Of a stretch of DNA of 64,000 bases, positions 37,068-47,111 are shown in pieces. A model generated the notes under the pieces. That model worked only from the letters and a program-made list of their open reading frames with translations, made no database searches and was not told the DNA's origin. The translations under genes and the position numbers were made by a program. The first letter of the stretch is position 1. Each line of letters begins with the position of its first letter. Origin of the DNA: a virus (lineage: Duplodnaviria; Caudoviricetes); the IMG/VR virus record IMGVR_UViG_3300033069_001536, positions 2,386 to 66,385 of that record, one strand, 5' to 3'.

Positions 37068-37714
37068 AAACATTAAGACAAATTATAGAGAGTGCGATTT
37101 CCAGTGTAAGTGGTGGATTATTTGTTGACGATCGCAATATTTCGTCTGAACAAATAGAATACAAAGCTGATGAAGGTCGTTCTCTTTGGTGTATTGATTA
37201 CTATGCAAAAACAGGAACAATCCATCCCGACTGGATTCAACGGTTTTATCCGGAATACGATTCAGAGATGCAGGAATCAAAGTGTATGACAACATTCTAT
37301 TGTCCACATATACTCGCCTTCATGGATGGAACTGACGGTTTAAGATACTTCGGAGCCAAAGATGGGTATGCAGATAACTTTACACGGATTCAAAGCAGAG
37401 CGCAACTAGCGGCAATGATGAATCACAATATCATGCGTATTGGAAGAAGAAATTATGTCCTTTATCAAAATGGTATTGGAGAGGCATATACAAAAACAAA
37501 AATAAATGATCCGATGATGGAAGGTGTTTTTGCCAGACCAACAGAACTGCCTACCTTTAATAAAGACAAAAGCAATTATCCACTAGACAGTGCTGGGGTG
37601 GACTACCTAGAAAAGTATCTTACTCAGACAGTATTGAAGATGGAAATTTCTACGCCTAGTGATTCCCGCAGCGATGGAGTTGATTCTAATAAATTACCAA
37701 GAGCAGTTAAATGA
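37064..37714 (+). CDS. tail ring (tubular) protein
   Basis: TLRQII..SGG..DDRNIS.EQI N-terminus typical of crAss-like ring proteins. Confidence 0.6.
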   Translation: MKTLRQIIESAISSVSGGLFVDDRNISSEQIEYKADEGRSLWCIDYYAKTGTIHPDWIQRFYPEYDSEMQESKCMTTFYCPHILAFMDGTDGLRYFGAKDGYADNFTRIQSRAQLAAMMNHNIMRIGRRNYVLYQNGIGEAYTKTKINDPMMEGVFARPTELPTFNKDKSNYPLDSAGVDYLEKYLTQTVLKMEISTPSDSRSDGVDSNKLPRAVK

Positions 37715-38466
37715 GCAACACAACCGGATATAATAGCACAATTTCAATCGATCAAGTAATTTCATCGGTTCAGGCTGACTTGGGTATAATGGGAGATAAT
37801 TCTTACTCGATTGTTATTGAAAAATGGATTAATGAAGCGATAAGGCACACAGGGACAAATCAGTTGTTTGTAAAGCGTCCGGCAATTCTTACTCTTCAGG
37901 ATGGCAGAGCATGTTTGCCAGTTGGATTCAGAAAACTACTTGGTATAAGAGCAAAAGCTCCTTACACGATTACTACTCCGGGAGGAACGGAAGAGCAACG
38001 GATTCGGTATTTGCCGATGCTATATCTTGATACGCCATTTTTAAATGAGTGTGGGGTGACAGTAACCGAAACCAACGAGCAACACGGATTAGGTTACAGA
38101 AATTACTTGTCTTCTTTTCAGATAGTTGGTAATGATATTGTGGCGAATGGGGCTATTCCTGATGGAACTGAGATTCAGATATCATACTTAGGATTTTCTG
38201 TGGACGAAGATTGCATGCTAATCATACATTCGGATTTTGAAAGAGCATTAAGTGCTTATGCACGCTATAAATTCTGGACGGCTTTTCCTGAACGAAAGCC
38301 ACAATTCTCAATGACTTTGATGCAGGACGCGAAGCGTGAATGGATCAATCAGAAGAAGTGGTTAAAAGGACTGGCTACGTCACAAGAATTTAATGATAAC
38401 AAATACATGATCAGACAGTTAAGTAAGGCCTGGTTTGTCGCACAATCAGTTAATCAACCATCATAA
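37711..38466 (+). CDS. tail ring (tubular) protein
   Basis: SIDQVI..IEKWINEAIRH..DGRACLP pattern; position before muzzle. Confidence 0.6.
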   Translation: MSNTTGYNSTISIDQVISSVQADLGIMGDNSYSIVIEKWINEAIRHTGTNQLFVKRPAILTLQDGRACLPVGFRKLLGIRAKAPYTITTPGGTEEQRIRYLPMLYLDTPFLNECGVTVTETNEQHGLGYRNYLSSFQIVGNDIVANGAIPDGTEIQISYLGFSVDEDCMLIIHSDFERALSAYARYKFWTAFPERKPQFSMTLMQDAKREWINQKKWLKGLATSQEFNDNKYMIRQLSKAWFVAQSVNQPS

Positions 38467-38470
38467 TAAT

Positions 38471-39103
38471 ATGGCAAAAATAAAATGGAGCAAAGAACGA
38501 AAAATTGGAGTTTACAAAATATTCTTTGATAAATCTCCCGAATTTTATATTGGATCTTCTTATGATTTGTATGGAAGATTTGTAAGACATACAAAATTAT
38601 TTAAACGCGGTATTCACACTAAAAAAATACAGGAAGCGTATAATAAAAACGGCGATTATAGTGTTGAGATTTTAACTTTTTGCAAAAAAGAAGAAATAAA
38701 AGACATTGAACAAAAATATCTGGATGAAAATAAAAGCAACCCAAATTTATGCAATATAGCTCTTGATTCAAGAGCTTCCCTTAAAGGTTTAAAAAGAAGC
38801 CCACAAGCAATAGAGAAGTTAAAAAAATGGATTAGTCAGAATAAAAGTTATTATATAGAAAGGTCTATTGGCAAGAATAATCCAAGAGCTAAAAAAGTCA
38901 TTAATATAAAAACAGGAAAAGTGTATGGATGCGCTAAGGATGTAGCAAACGAAATAGGAATGGTTGTTACTACTTTTAGGTCTAAGTTATGTAATACTGG
39001 CGGATGTATCCAAGATACAGACTATATGTATTTAGATGATTATTTATCTAATAAGGATTGCAGTATGGATGATTTTTTAGCAAATAGAGCAAAAGCGGCA
39101 TGA
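38471..39103 (+). CDS. free-standing GIY-YIG homing endonuclease with NUMOD-type C-terminus
   Basis: IGVYKI..FYIGSS, R..H, EQKYL..LCNI; NNPRAKKVINIKTGKVY; AT-rich. Confidence 0.85.
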   Translation: MAKIKWSKERKIGVYKIFFDKSPEFYIGSSYDLYGRFVRHTKLFKRGIHTKKIQEAYNKNGDYSVEILTFCKKEEIKDIEQKYLDENKSNPNLCNIALDSRASLKGLKRSPQAIEKLKKWISQNKSYYIERSIGKNNPRAKKVINIKTGKVYGCAKDVANEIGMVVTTFRSKLCNTGGCIQDTDYMYLDDYLSNKDCSMDDFLANRAKAA

Positions 39104-42100
39104 AGAAGACAATAGGCGCATTTCAAAATATGGATTTAGAAAACGATCCCTTGGCTATTAGGCCATCGGATTATCGTTCAGCGCTTGATATTTCTCTTTT
39201 GTCAGATGGTAATGGAGTCACTCAGTCAGTTGAGCCGGTTATAGGAAATGAATTTACCGAAGAAATGGGATTTGTTTCTGCTCAGACTAAAATCATGAGG
39301 ATTAAATTGGCAACGGGTTCTGGAAGCTATAATCTTATTTTTAAAAGACTTAACTATATTGTTTTAGGCACAATTACAATTGCTCAAAATGCGAGTGCGG
39401 CAACAACTATTGCCAATGCAATTGCAGCAATAAATGCTGGTGTAACCGATGCAGTTATTGTTGGGTCAAGTATTTCTGATTTGACGGTAGATTTAATGAT
39501 TTCCAATACAACCATTGCTGATTATGCCGAATGGGAGATTTATAATAATAGTACTACAATAGCTGAATTTATTACTATTCAGGAAGCAATTGATTTTGGT
39601 GCTGTTGGAGTTTTCAAGCCGATAGGATCATTTGATCTTCTTGGAGACTTATTTAAGTGGGGAGCTAGTGTTGCAGACATTCCATCTGAACTGAATGTAT
39701 TATCTGTATCAAATGATTCCGGACTCGTTAAGTTAGAAGTGTTAAATCACGGGCTGGTAAATGGACAAGCAATATTTTTAAGTGGAATAGTAGATAACTC
39801 AGGAAACGCATTAAATGGTGAATGGATTGTGCAATCGGTTGCAAATGCTTTTGGGGTAATCGATGCTGATCATATAACATTATTTGGAAGTACTTATGAC
39901 GCTCCATATACTTTAAATAATCCTAAGATTACGATAAACGTATATTCAATGGGACGTATCCAGGTGTCACAAGAAGATGTGATTGCCGGAACAATAAACA
40001 CAACAATTCTTCTAACGTCCAAACAACTTAATTTAAGAGTAAAGCGACAAATTGATTGTTACTGCGAATTTAACTCCCAATACAGAGCTTTATATTTTAC
40101 GGATGGTTATAATCCGATCCGTGTTCTTTATTACTACGGACCGTATGTAACAGATGGATTTTTAAATACCTACAGTTACGGAACGATCGGTCAGCAAAGC
40201 AGACTTCTTTTACAGGATACCAATGTCACGCTTACTTACAACTCTACTGTCAATGGAATCGGTCAGTTAAAGAGTGGTGATTACAGGTATGCGGTTCGCT
40301 TTGTAACAGCCAATGAAGGAGCAACCGGATGGTCGCAACTTTCCAATGTGATCAATATTTATGCAGGTCCATTACTGGTAGGAGATATCGATGGAACGAT
40401 TACTTCCAAAGCGAATGTTTTTGACGTAACCGGAATTCCTACGGGACTTTTTAAATACATTGAACTGGCGTATGTGATCTATCAGGGAGAAGCCAATATT
40501 TCTTTTCTTGCCAGCCGGACGGTGATCACCGGACCTTCCATGCAGTTAACGCATACAGGATTCGGAGTAGAGACAGAAGTGGATCTGGGAACACTGCAGA
40601 GTGTGTATGCCGGATACGAGACCGCAAAAAGCATCGATGTTTTAAATAACAAGATGATCATCTCCAATCTGACCACTACTCAGATCAGGGATTTCTCTGC
40701 TTTTGCTGAAAGTTTAACGCACTCACTCGAACATGAACTGATTCCCAATGTAGGAATCAGCGCTACTACGGCATTTGATAATTATAAGTACGGAGAATAT
40801 TTTGATCCTTCCAGCACTTATAACAAAAAGACATTTGTGCATAATGAGACGTATCGGTTTGCCATGCAGGTAAAACTGAAGAACGGTCCATTATTAAGTA
40901 ATAACTTTTGGATTGATGATATTCGTATTGATACCAGGGCCAATAACAACTTAGCGGATCCGACTTCCAACCGTAGAACTGCAGGACTTCCGGATTACCG
41001 GTTAGTGGATTTTGCAGGAACGGGAAATGCGTATGTGACGAAAGTGGTTTTTGGAAATATTGACTGGAATTTTCCGATCGATGGTGTACGGATGATTGAT
41101 CTGGTAGAGCGTATTTACATCAATCAGGTGGAAATGACTTCTCAGTACAAAGAGATACTGGGAACAGGACTTTGTGTATATTTTGGAAGAGCCTCTGAGA
41201 ATGCAGCCACTACCGGAAATGATTTTGGTGCTGCTGCTGCCAATTGTCAGGTGCCTACAGGATGGGCAAGCGGAGGATTAGTAGGAGAATTCAACTGGTT
41301 CAGTCGGAACTCAGAACTGATCAACGGTACAGCAGCCGGTACTTTTCCGAATCAATACAATGATGCAAGGGTAGTAAAGACACAAGGAATCAAGTATGTT
41401 TCTTTCTACTCTCCGGATGATTATTTCAATAACGAATCTTTTGATTACAGGTCCGGCGATCGCATGCTGCAGTTTGTCTCTCAGGACAGAAGCATTATTG
41501 ACAGCAATCAGACTACTCAGGGCTATGAAGAAAATGCGTTCAAAGGCAAGTACCTGGAACTTTTAGGAAGTACAGGAAGTACAGATCCGCTTGGAACGGC
41601 AGCTGATATTTTACTCAATGATGTGCAACAGGTGGCTACCGGCGCAACACTGGCCTTTGGTGCCGTAGGTGTTAGCGTAGTAAAAAGCAGTTATATCTCA
41701 TGGGAAGATAATAACCTTGTTGCCTACACCGAAACATGGAATGCTCCATCTTCTCCGGTGTGCTATGCCCAAAGTGGATTTTTAGCAACTTCTACCGGTC
41801 ACAACTATGGTCAGTACTACCGTCCGAAAGAATTTTATGTCAAATTCGGCGATAAAGTAGAAAGCAAATATGTTCCAACAGGAGCCTATATAGATGCTCC
41901 TACTATTGGAGTAATTGATACAGTAGAAGTGTTTGGAGATTCTTTTACTCAGAGTTCGCTTTACAAATTACGTGCTCCCAATACACAGTACACTCCTTTT
42001 GGAGATCCGTCTGCTCCGGTGATCAATCACTTTTACTTAAACGGATGGGGTTTCCAGACGATGTTCTACGGACAGAACCGGGTGAATTCCCAGATGCGCT

Positions 42101-43566
42101 ATCCGGTAACAGGACAAGCGATCAGTATTACGCCGTACATATCGATCGATCAGTGGAACAACTCTTCTTCCTTTGATAGTATTACTACGGCTTATACAGC
42201 AAGTTTTACTCCAAGAAATCAGGTCAATGTACTTCCGGCATACAATCCGAATGCGCTGGATACGACTAAGTTTCCTACACGGATTGCTTATTCGCAGACC
42301 AAACCCAATGGAAGTATCACCGATGAATACCGGGATTTTAAGCCACTGGACTTCCGTGATCTGGATATGGTGGCAGGAGAAATCATCCATCATGAAATTT
42401 CCAACGGCGAATTACTCACCTGGCAGCAGAGAAGTTTTCAAAGACAGTATTTTAATGATACCGGTGCCCTTGTCTCCTCTGACGGAAGTGAAGTGATCTT
42501 AGGTGATGGCGGTGCGCTGACCAGAAGAGGAGTAACACTTTCTTCCCTTGGAACGACTCACAAATGGAGTATTGTCAAAGGAGTAAGCAAAGGCGGCAAT
42601 GATGTGATGGCATGGTGGAACACGGAATACGGATATGTGATCCGGTTCGGTTATGATGGCGTGAATCCGATCTCCTATGTGCATAACATCAATGGCTTTG
42701 TCGATAAGAATACCAAGTGGGTAGATCTTCGTCACACGCCGGCAGATGATGAAGGAATTCGTGGTGTGTGGAATGATGAACGGAAAGAATACATCTGGAC
42801 CATCCGTGGTTTTAAAACAAATCGTGAACGTTTCAATCCTCGTAAATACTACGCAGCAGGAGATAGTGTCTGGGTGTACGAAGGATTTCAGCAAACTCCG
42901 AATATCTATAAGGCACTCCAGCAAACTTCTCAGGTGCAGGGTGGTGTTACTGTTCCGGTACCGATAGATAATGTAGCGTATTGGGAACTGCAGGATAGTC
43001 CGGTAAATAAAAATGCGTACACGCTTGCGTTCTCAGAATTCAAGAATGGTTTTTCATGTTACTACTCGTTCTTGCCACTTTTTTATGCCAAGTGGAAAAA
43101 GAGTTATGAGTCGAGCAGTCCGTTTATCCAACAGAATATCTATATCCATAACAGAGGTGCTTACAGCAGATGGTATGGAGGATTTTTGATCAGCCAGCCG
43201 TATATCATGGCGGTGATGAATGAGAATCCGAATGATAAAAAGAGTTTCAATAAATTAGAATTGAATAGCATGCTTGCTCCGAACAGCAACGGAAGGGCTA
43301 TGGAGTTTTGGACCGAACAGCATTTTAGCTATTTAGATGCGGCAGATTTTGATTCTGATGAATTGCATGATATCATGCGAGCATCATGGATAAAGAACGA
43401 TGCTACTGTGTCGGCTGAAAATCCAAGTGGACTGAATGATATTGATACTTCAGAGTTATTCGGAGAGTATCTGCTCTTGAAATTCTACTTCACTCCTGAA
43501 CTGTATAACAAGATGTTTGCAATGACAGTGGGTTATGAGATGAGAAGCAGGATGAATAATACTTAA
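39100..43566 (+). CDS. tail stabilisation/muzzle protein (P22 gp10-like, crAss type)
   Basis: 1488 aa; FQNMDLENDP..DYRSALDI N-terminus; TLAFSE..FSCYYSFLP C-terminal motif. Confidence 0.7.
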   Translation: MKKTIGAFQNMDLENDPLAIRPSDYRSALDISLLSDGNGVTQSVEPVIGNEFTEEMGFVSAQTKIMRIKLATGSGSYNLIFKRLNYIVLGTITIAQNASAATTIANAIAAINAGVTDAVIVGSSISDLTVDLMISNTTIADYAEWEIYNNSTTIAEFITIQEAIDFGAVGVFKPIGSFDLLGDLFKWGASVADIPSELNVLSVSNDSGLVKLEVLNHGLVNGQAIFLSGIVDNSGNALNGEWIVQSVANAFGVIDADHITLFGSTYDAPYTLNNPKITINVYSMGRIQVSQEDVIAGTINTTILLTSKQLNLRVKRQIDCYCEFNSQYRALYFTDGYNPIRVLYYYGPYVTDGFLNTYSYGTIGQQSRLLLQDTNVTLTYNSTVNGIGQLKSGDYRYAVRFVTANEGATGWSQLSNVINIYAGPLLVGDIDGTITSKANVFDVTGIPTGLFKYIELAYVIYQGEANISFLASRTVITGPSMQLTHTGFGVETEVDLGTLQSVYAGYETAKSIDVLNNKMIISNLTTTQIRDFSAFAESLTHSLEHELIPNVGISATTAFDNYKYGEYFDPSSTYNKKTFVHNETYRFAMQVKLKNGPLLSNNFWIDDIRIDTRANNNLADPTSNRRTAGLPDYRLVDFAGTGNAYVTKVVFGNIDWNFPIDGVRMIDLVERIYINQVEMTSQYKEILGTGLCVYFGRASENAATTGNDFGAAAANCQVPTGWASGGLVGEFNWFSRNSELINGTAAGTFPNQYNDARVVKTQGIKYVSFYSPDDYFNNESFDYRSGDRMLQFVSQDRSIIDSNQTTQGYEENAFKGKYLELLGSTGSTDPLGTAADILLNDVQQVATGATLAFGAVGVSVVKSSYISWEDNNLVAYTETWNAPSSPVCYAQSGFLATSTGHNYGQYYRPKEFYVKFGDKVESKYVPTGAYIDAPTIGVIDTVEVFGDSFTQSSLYKLRAPNTQYTPFGDPSAPVINHFYLNGWGFQTMFYGQNRVNSQMRYPVTGQAISITPYISIDQWNNSSSFDSITTAYTASFTPRNQVNVLPAYNPNALDTTKFPTRIAYSQTKPNGSITDEYRDFKPLDFRDLDMVAGEIIHHEISNGELLTWQQRSFQRQYFNDTGALVSSDGSEVILGDGGALTRRGVTLSSLGTTHKWSIVKGVSKGGNDVMAWWNTEYGYVIRFGYDGVNPISYVHNINGFVDKNTKWVDLRHTPADDEGIRGVWNDERKEYIWTIRGFKTNRERFNPRKYYAAGDSVWVYEGFQQTPNIYKALQQTSQVQGGVTVPVPIDNVAYWELQDSPVNKNAYTLAFSEFKNGFSCYYSFLPLFYAKWKKSYESSSPFIQQNIYIHNRGAYSRWYGGFLISQPYIMAVMNENPNDKKSFNKLELNSMLAPNSNGRAMEFWTEQHFSYLDAADFDSDELHDIMRASWIKNDATVSAENPSGLNDIDTSELFGEYLLLKFYFTPELYNKMFAMTVGYEMRSRMNNT

Positions 43567-44297
43567 TCGCTGGAATCGTATTTCCAATAGATTTTACACA
43601 CTGGACAACTTACGGTATTCTCTGATCCTCTTCCATTATGAGAAACTTCTATAAGCTGATGTTTTTGTTCGATACAGTTACCGTATTCAGGATAGTCCTC
43701 TTTTGTGTAACCGAATGATGCTCTTTTTTTAGGGTCATCTGTTACATTGTGATCTTTATCAAAATACACATGCTTCCAGCTATTCTGCCAGCCTAAGAAT
43801 TTATATCCATTAGCTGCATAATTGTAAGAAGCATCTTTCTTGTGCGTTTCTTTAAACTCCTGCTCCATTTTATGCTTCATAGTTTTTACTGCAGATAATC
43901 TGTTAGCCTGGTCAGAAGTATATACAAAGTCTCTTCCGTTGTCATTTTTAAAAGGATGGAAACAGCTACTTGAAGTATATCCGTCACCTCGTTCTTTGTA
44001 AGCGAACAAAATGTCTTCTTTGGCAAGTTCCCTGTTTTCTTCCAGATATTTTACAACTTTTTCAATGTCTTTATTAGTTGGCTTGTCTATGCTTGGAGAG
44101 AGGTAAATATAGCTTCCGTTAAATATTCTTTGTATGCTGGCTCCGGTAATTTCAATTCTTGACGTTTTTCCGGTAGGATACACAATGAACATTCTTTCAG
44201 GAATTTTAGGTACATGCTGCTTTATGAAATCATTATCTCTCTTTGAGATCAGACTCATGTAGTGGTTATACTTTTCTAAATTGGTTTTCATGGTCAT
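43563..44297 (-). CDS. hypothetical protein with C-terminal Cys/His cluster
   Basis: NC..KH..SCPVCKIYWKYDSSD; stop overlaps muzzle stop (TTAA). Confidence 0.6.
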   Translation of the reverse strand: MTMKTNLEKYNHYMSLISKRDNDFIKQHVPKIPERMFIVYPTGKTSRIEITGASIQRIFNGSYIYLSPSIDKPTNKDIEKVVKYLEENRELAKEDILFAYKERGDGYTSSSCFHPFKNDNGRDFVYTSDQANRLSAVKTMKHKMEQEFKETHKKDASYNYAANGYKFLGWQNSWKHVYFDKDHNVTDDPKKRASFGYTKEDYPEYGNCIEQKHQLIEVSHNGRGSENTVSCPVCKIYWKYDSSD

Positions 44298-44484
44298 ACG
44301 GAATTACTTTTACTGTATTATTTGGGTGCATTTTAAATCCAAGCCAAGCAAGGAATCTTCTCCATCTTGTGTTTCTATACACTTTGATAATTTTAACTCT
44401 TTTGAACGAGCCGTATTCGGTTAATATTTCACCTTCTTTAAAAGAGCAATAATCATTAAAATACAGGTGAAAAGGCTTCTCCAT
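44266..44484 (-). CDS. hypothetical protein
   Basis: 72 aa in inverted cassette. Confidence 0.5.
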   Translation of the reverse strand: MEKPFHLYFNDYCSFKEGEILTEYGSFKRVKIIKVYRNTRWRRFLAWLGFKMHPNNTVKVIPYDHENQFRKV

Positions 44485-44485
44485 C

Positions 44486-44578
44486 TTAGTATATTATCAC
44501 ACATACCTTCCATGCCAGATAGATCATTCCCATAATGACAAGAAAGGCTAGGACTTGGAAGGGTGTTGGTTTTTTCAC
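44486..44578 (-). CDS. 30-aa single-TM peptide
   Basis: GTG start overlapping NTase stop; MKKPTPFQVLAFLVIMGMIYLAWKVCVIIY. Confidence 0.4.
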   Translation of the reverse strand: MKKPTPFQVLAFLVIMGMIYLAWKVCVIIY

Positions 44579-45642
44579 ATTTTTCTTATTTGAAGTAACA
44601 ATTCATTTACAACATCCATATTAACGGAAGCAGGGAGATCACTTTTCTCATATACTTCATTAAGAAGTAATATGTCGGATTCCGCTTTTTCAATAATCTC
44701 ATCAAGTGGAACTTCGCCTCTTCTGATTTGTAAAAGATATTCAGCATTTGGACGAAATACTTTTATAGTTTTCTCCTGAGCAATTTCAATAGCCATATCA
44801 AGAAGTCTCCGGCAATGAAGCATGTTCTTTCCGTCAATCTTCTGGTCGTGTCCTTCGAGGTCTACGTAACGCTGGGTATTCCTGTTCTCCATCCATGTTG
44901 TGTAGTCTTTAAAATCCTTACAGTGCATGGAATAACCATCTTTATTGTAGTACATGATGGTTTCAGATGGAATGTTTTCAGGAACCGATGATAACCGGAT
45001 ACTATTGCCTTCATCTATTGAAATCCCTCTGAATATGGTTTTAGAAGTTTGTTTTCTGTCTCCTGTTCCTCCGTAATGTCCACTGTAATCATAGTAAAGA
45101 GCATAACAGTCCTTGAAATGATTAAGGGCAACCAATCCACAATGTTCCGGCTTTTTCTTTTCTGATTGAAGCCATTTTTCAAGAGGCATTGTTTTTCCGT
45201 CAGCATAGGTATAACAGAAATCAAAAGGAGTTTTGCGTTCAATTCTTTTTTTCTCCCAATTCATTTTTTTGTCTAATCCTCTTGCCTTTTTGATCTGAGC
45301 AACCGCATATCCGCCGAATGAATGAGCGCATTTTTTGGTAAGGAAAAGATGTCTGTGGTATTGAAGGTATTTGAATGCCGGCGATGACTGAACAATAAAC
45401 TTTTCATCCATGAATAGCATTTCAAGAATAGTTGGATTGGCAGATTGTGCTAATTGTAAGAACCTGCGGATCTCATAATAACACTCGTCTTTCCCAACTT
45501 CTATCTGTTCGTTATACCGGAAAGAGAGAATGTCTTCGTCTTTCTGCTTGTAGATGCCTTTATAATCCACATCAGAAGTAGGAATAGATGTTCCGTAGGC
45601 TTGTGAGCCAACAACGCATTTATATAAAAGTGTTTCTTTCAT
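44575..45642 (-). CDS. Pol-beta superfamily nucleotidyltransferase (Nuc-transf/RlaP-like)
   Basis: VVGSQAYG..SDVDYKG GS/DxD motif, NPTILEMLF, GYAVAQI, KNMLHCRRLL. Confidence 0.85.
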   Translation of the reverse strand: MKETLLYKCVVGSQAYGTSIPTSDVDYKGIYKQKDEDILSFRYNEQIEVGKDECYYEIRRFLQLAQSANPTILEMLFMDEKFIVQSSPAFKYLQYHRHLFLTKKCAHSFGGYAVAQIKKARGLDKKMNWEKKRIERKTPFDFCYTYADGKTMPLEKWLQSEKKKPEHCGLVALNHFKDCYALYYDYSGHYGGTGDRKQTSKTIFRGISIDEGNSIRLSSVPENIPSETIMYYNKDGYSMHCKDFKDYTTWMENRNTQRYVDLEGHDQKIDGKNMLHCRRLLDMAIEIAQEKTIKVFRPNAEYLLQIRRGEVPLDEIIEKAESDILLLNEVYEKSDLPASVNMDVVNELLLQIRKM

Positions 45643-46175
45643 AAATCAATGTTCATTTCTTTACACTTATCTGTTACAAGATTCAGTGCACGTTCGTACA
45701 AGTTAAAATCTCCTTCTTTACACACGAGTATGGTTTTGTAAACTTCTCTCAAATAAACACGGGAAAAGTTCGGATCATGTTTTGTGATTGAGTCCGTATT
45801 GTCAATAATATCTGCCAACTTAATTGTTTTGGCTTCCGGGCTTGCACTTGCTGTATGCTCTAAATCGATCTGCTTTCTTATTTTCCTGTTTCCGTCAGAT
45901 GGTTTACTTACATCAGAAAGATCACTTACTAATTCGGCTACTTTATCTCCAAACTTTTCTTTTATGGTTTCGATGGAAACTCCGCAATCTTCAACAACAT
46001 CGTGTAGCCATGCAGCACATAGCATTTCAGGAGTATAAGGAACGGTTTTAACAATCAACGATACTGCTCTTGGGTGGACAATGTATCCTTCACCTGTGTA
46101 TTTTCGCTTTTGTCCATGGTGCGATTCCATAGCAAAAAGTGCTGCATCTATTTCAATAGGTGGTGTGGTTTTCAT
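45639..46175 (-). CDS. HD-domain hydrolase, Mesh1/SpoT small alarmone hydrolase-like
   Basis: H.GQKRK..YIVHP, AAWLHDVVED, IKLAD.IDN; start re-called at 46175. Confidence 0.85.
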   Translation of the reverse strand: MKTTPPIEIDAALFAMESHHGQKRKYTGEGYIVHPRAVSLIVKTVPYTPEMLCAAWLHDVVEDCGVSIETIKEKFGDKVAELVSDLSDVSKPSDGNRKIRKQIDLEHTASASPEAKTIKLADIIDNTDSITKHDPNFSRVYLREVYKTILVCKEGDFNLYERALNLVTDKCKEMNIDL

Positions 46176-46182
46176 AACACTA

Positions 46183-46237
46183 CAAACATACGACACTATC
46201 CGATACTGTACGCAATTACCTTTAAAAGTTATTAACA
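46183..46237 (-). promoter_or_regulatory. promoter of inverted cassette
   Basis: minus strand TGTTAATAA..TTGCG..TATGTTTG, then 7 nt to ATG 46175. Confidence 0.6.
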
Positions 46238-46247
46238 GGTTGTGGGT

Positions 46248-46302
46248 AAGAGACAAAATTTGACGGAACTTCTCTCAAACAACTCAAAAGAAACTAAATT
46301 TG
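46248..46302 (+). promoter_or_regulatory. putative late promoter 4 (ejection proteins)
   Basis: AAGAGACAAAATTT; TAAATTTG ends at +54. Confidence 0.6.
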
Positions 46303-46319
46303 GGACAAATCCATTAAAG

Positions 46320-47111
46320 ATGATCCCACTAATTCCTCTTGCGGTAATGGCCTTCAATGTTGTTCATGGACTTGTTCAACAGAATAAGGCGAGAAAAGGC
46401 TTAAATTCCCTTGTTAAACCACAAGGATACAATACTACTCCCGAACAACAACAGTCGTATGAGCGTGCTCAGAAAGATGCCATGAGTGGTTATTCTGCTC
46501 AGGAAAGGGCTGCGTACCTTTCCAATCTGGCATCGAGAAACAATGCCGGTTATTCCAGAGCAATGAAATTCGGTGGCAACGGACTTGCAGGAGCAATTCA
46601 GGCAGGAGTCAACTACGGAAATTCCAAGGCGCTGAATGACTTTGCTGCTAACGATGCACAGCTTCGCAGAAGTAATGTCCGGTATGCAGATAGCCGTGGT
46701 GATGTGATCTTAGGTCAGCGGAACAGAAATACTCAGCTGAAAAATCAGGAATACAATCAGGCAGCACAAGCCTACGGTGCAGCGATCAAAGCAGGAAAAG
46801 AAAATGTTTTCAATGCTGTTAATTCGTTTTCTGCATCAAATCCAAAGGCACTTGGCGGTATTGGTGGCGGAGGAAACAGAATGGCCGGTGGTGCTGCTTC
46901 AGCCCAAATGCCGGATGAAATACCCGATGCAGGAATGGGAGATGGCGCAGATGCAGGATATGTAGAAAGTCAGGGCTTTAATCCATCTGCAGTTCCCGGA
47001 CTTGGTGCAAGTGCACCGATCGGTACTAACTGGTCCGGAGGTAACGCATGGGGAGCACCGAATCCTGATTACGGAATGAACAGATTTCCACCTTATCAAA
47101 GAACTCGTTAA
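46320..47111 (+). CDS. internal virion/ejection protein 1
   Basis: hydrophobic N-terminus, Gly/Ala/Asn/Gln-rich; first of three TAATG-coupled genes; start re-called at 46320. Confidence 0.6.
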   Translation: MIPLIPLAVMAFNVVHGLVQQNKARKGLNSLVKPQGYNTTPEQQQSYERAQKDAMSGYSAQERAAYLSNLASRNNAGYSRAMKFGGNGLAGAIQAGVNYGNSKALNDFAANDAQLRRSNVRYADSRGDVILGQRNRNTQLKNQEYNQAAQAYGAAIKAGKENVFNAVNSFSASNPKALGGIGGGGNRMAGGAASAQMPDEIPDAGMGDGADAGYVESQGFNPSAVPGLGASAPIGTNWSGGNAWGAPNPDYGMNRFPPYQRTR

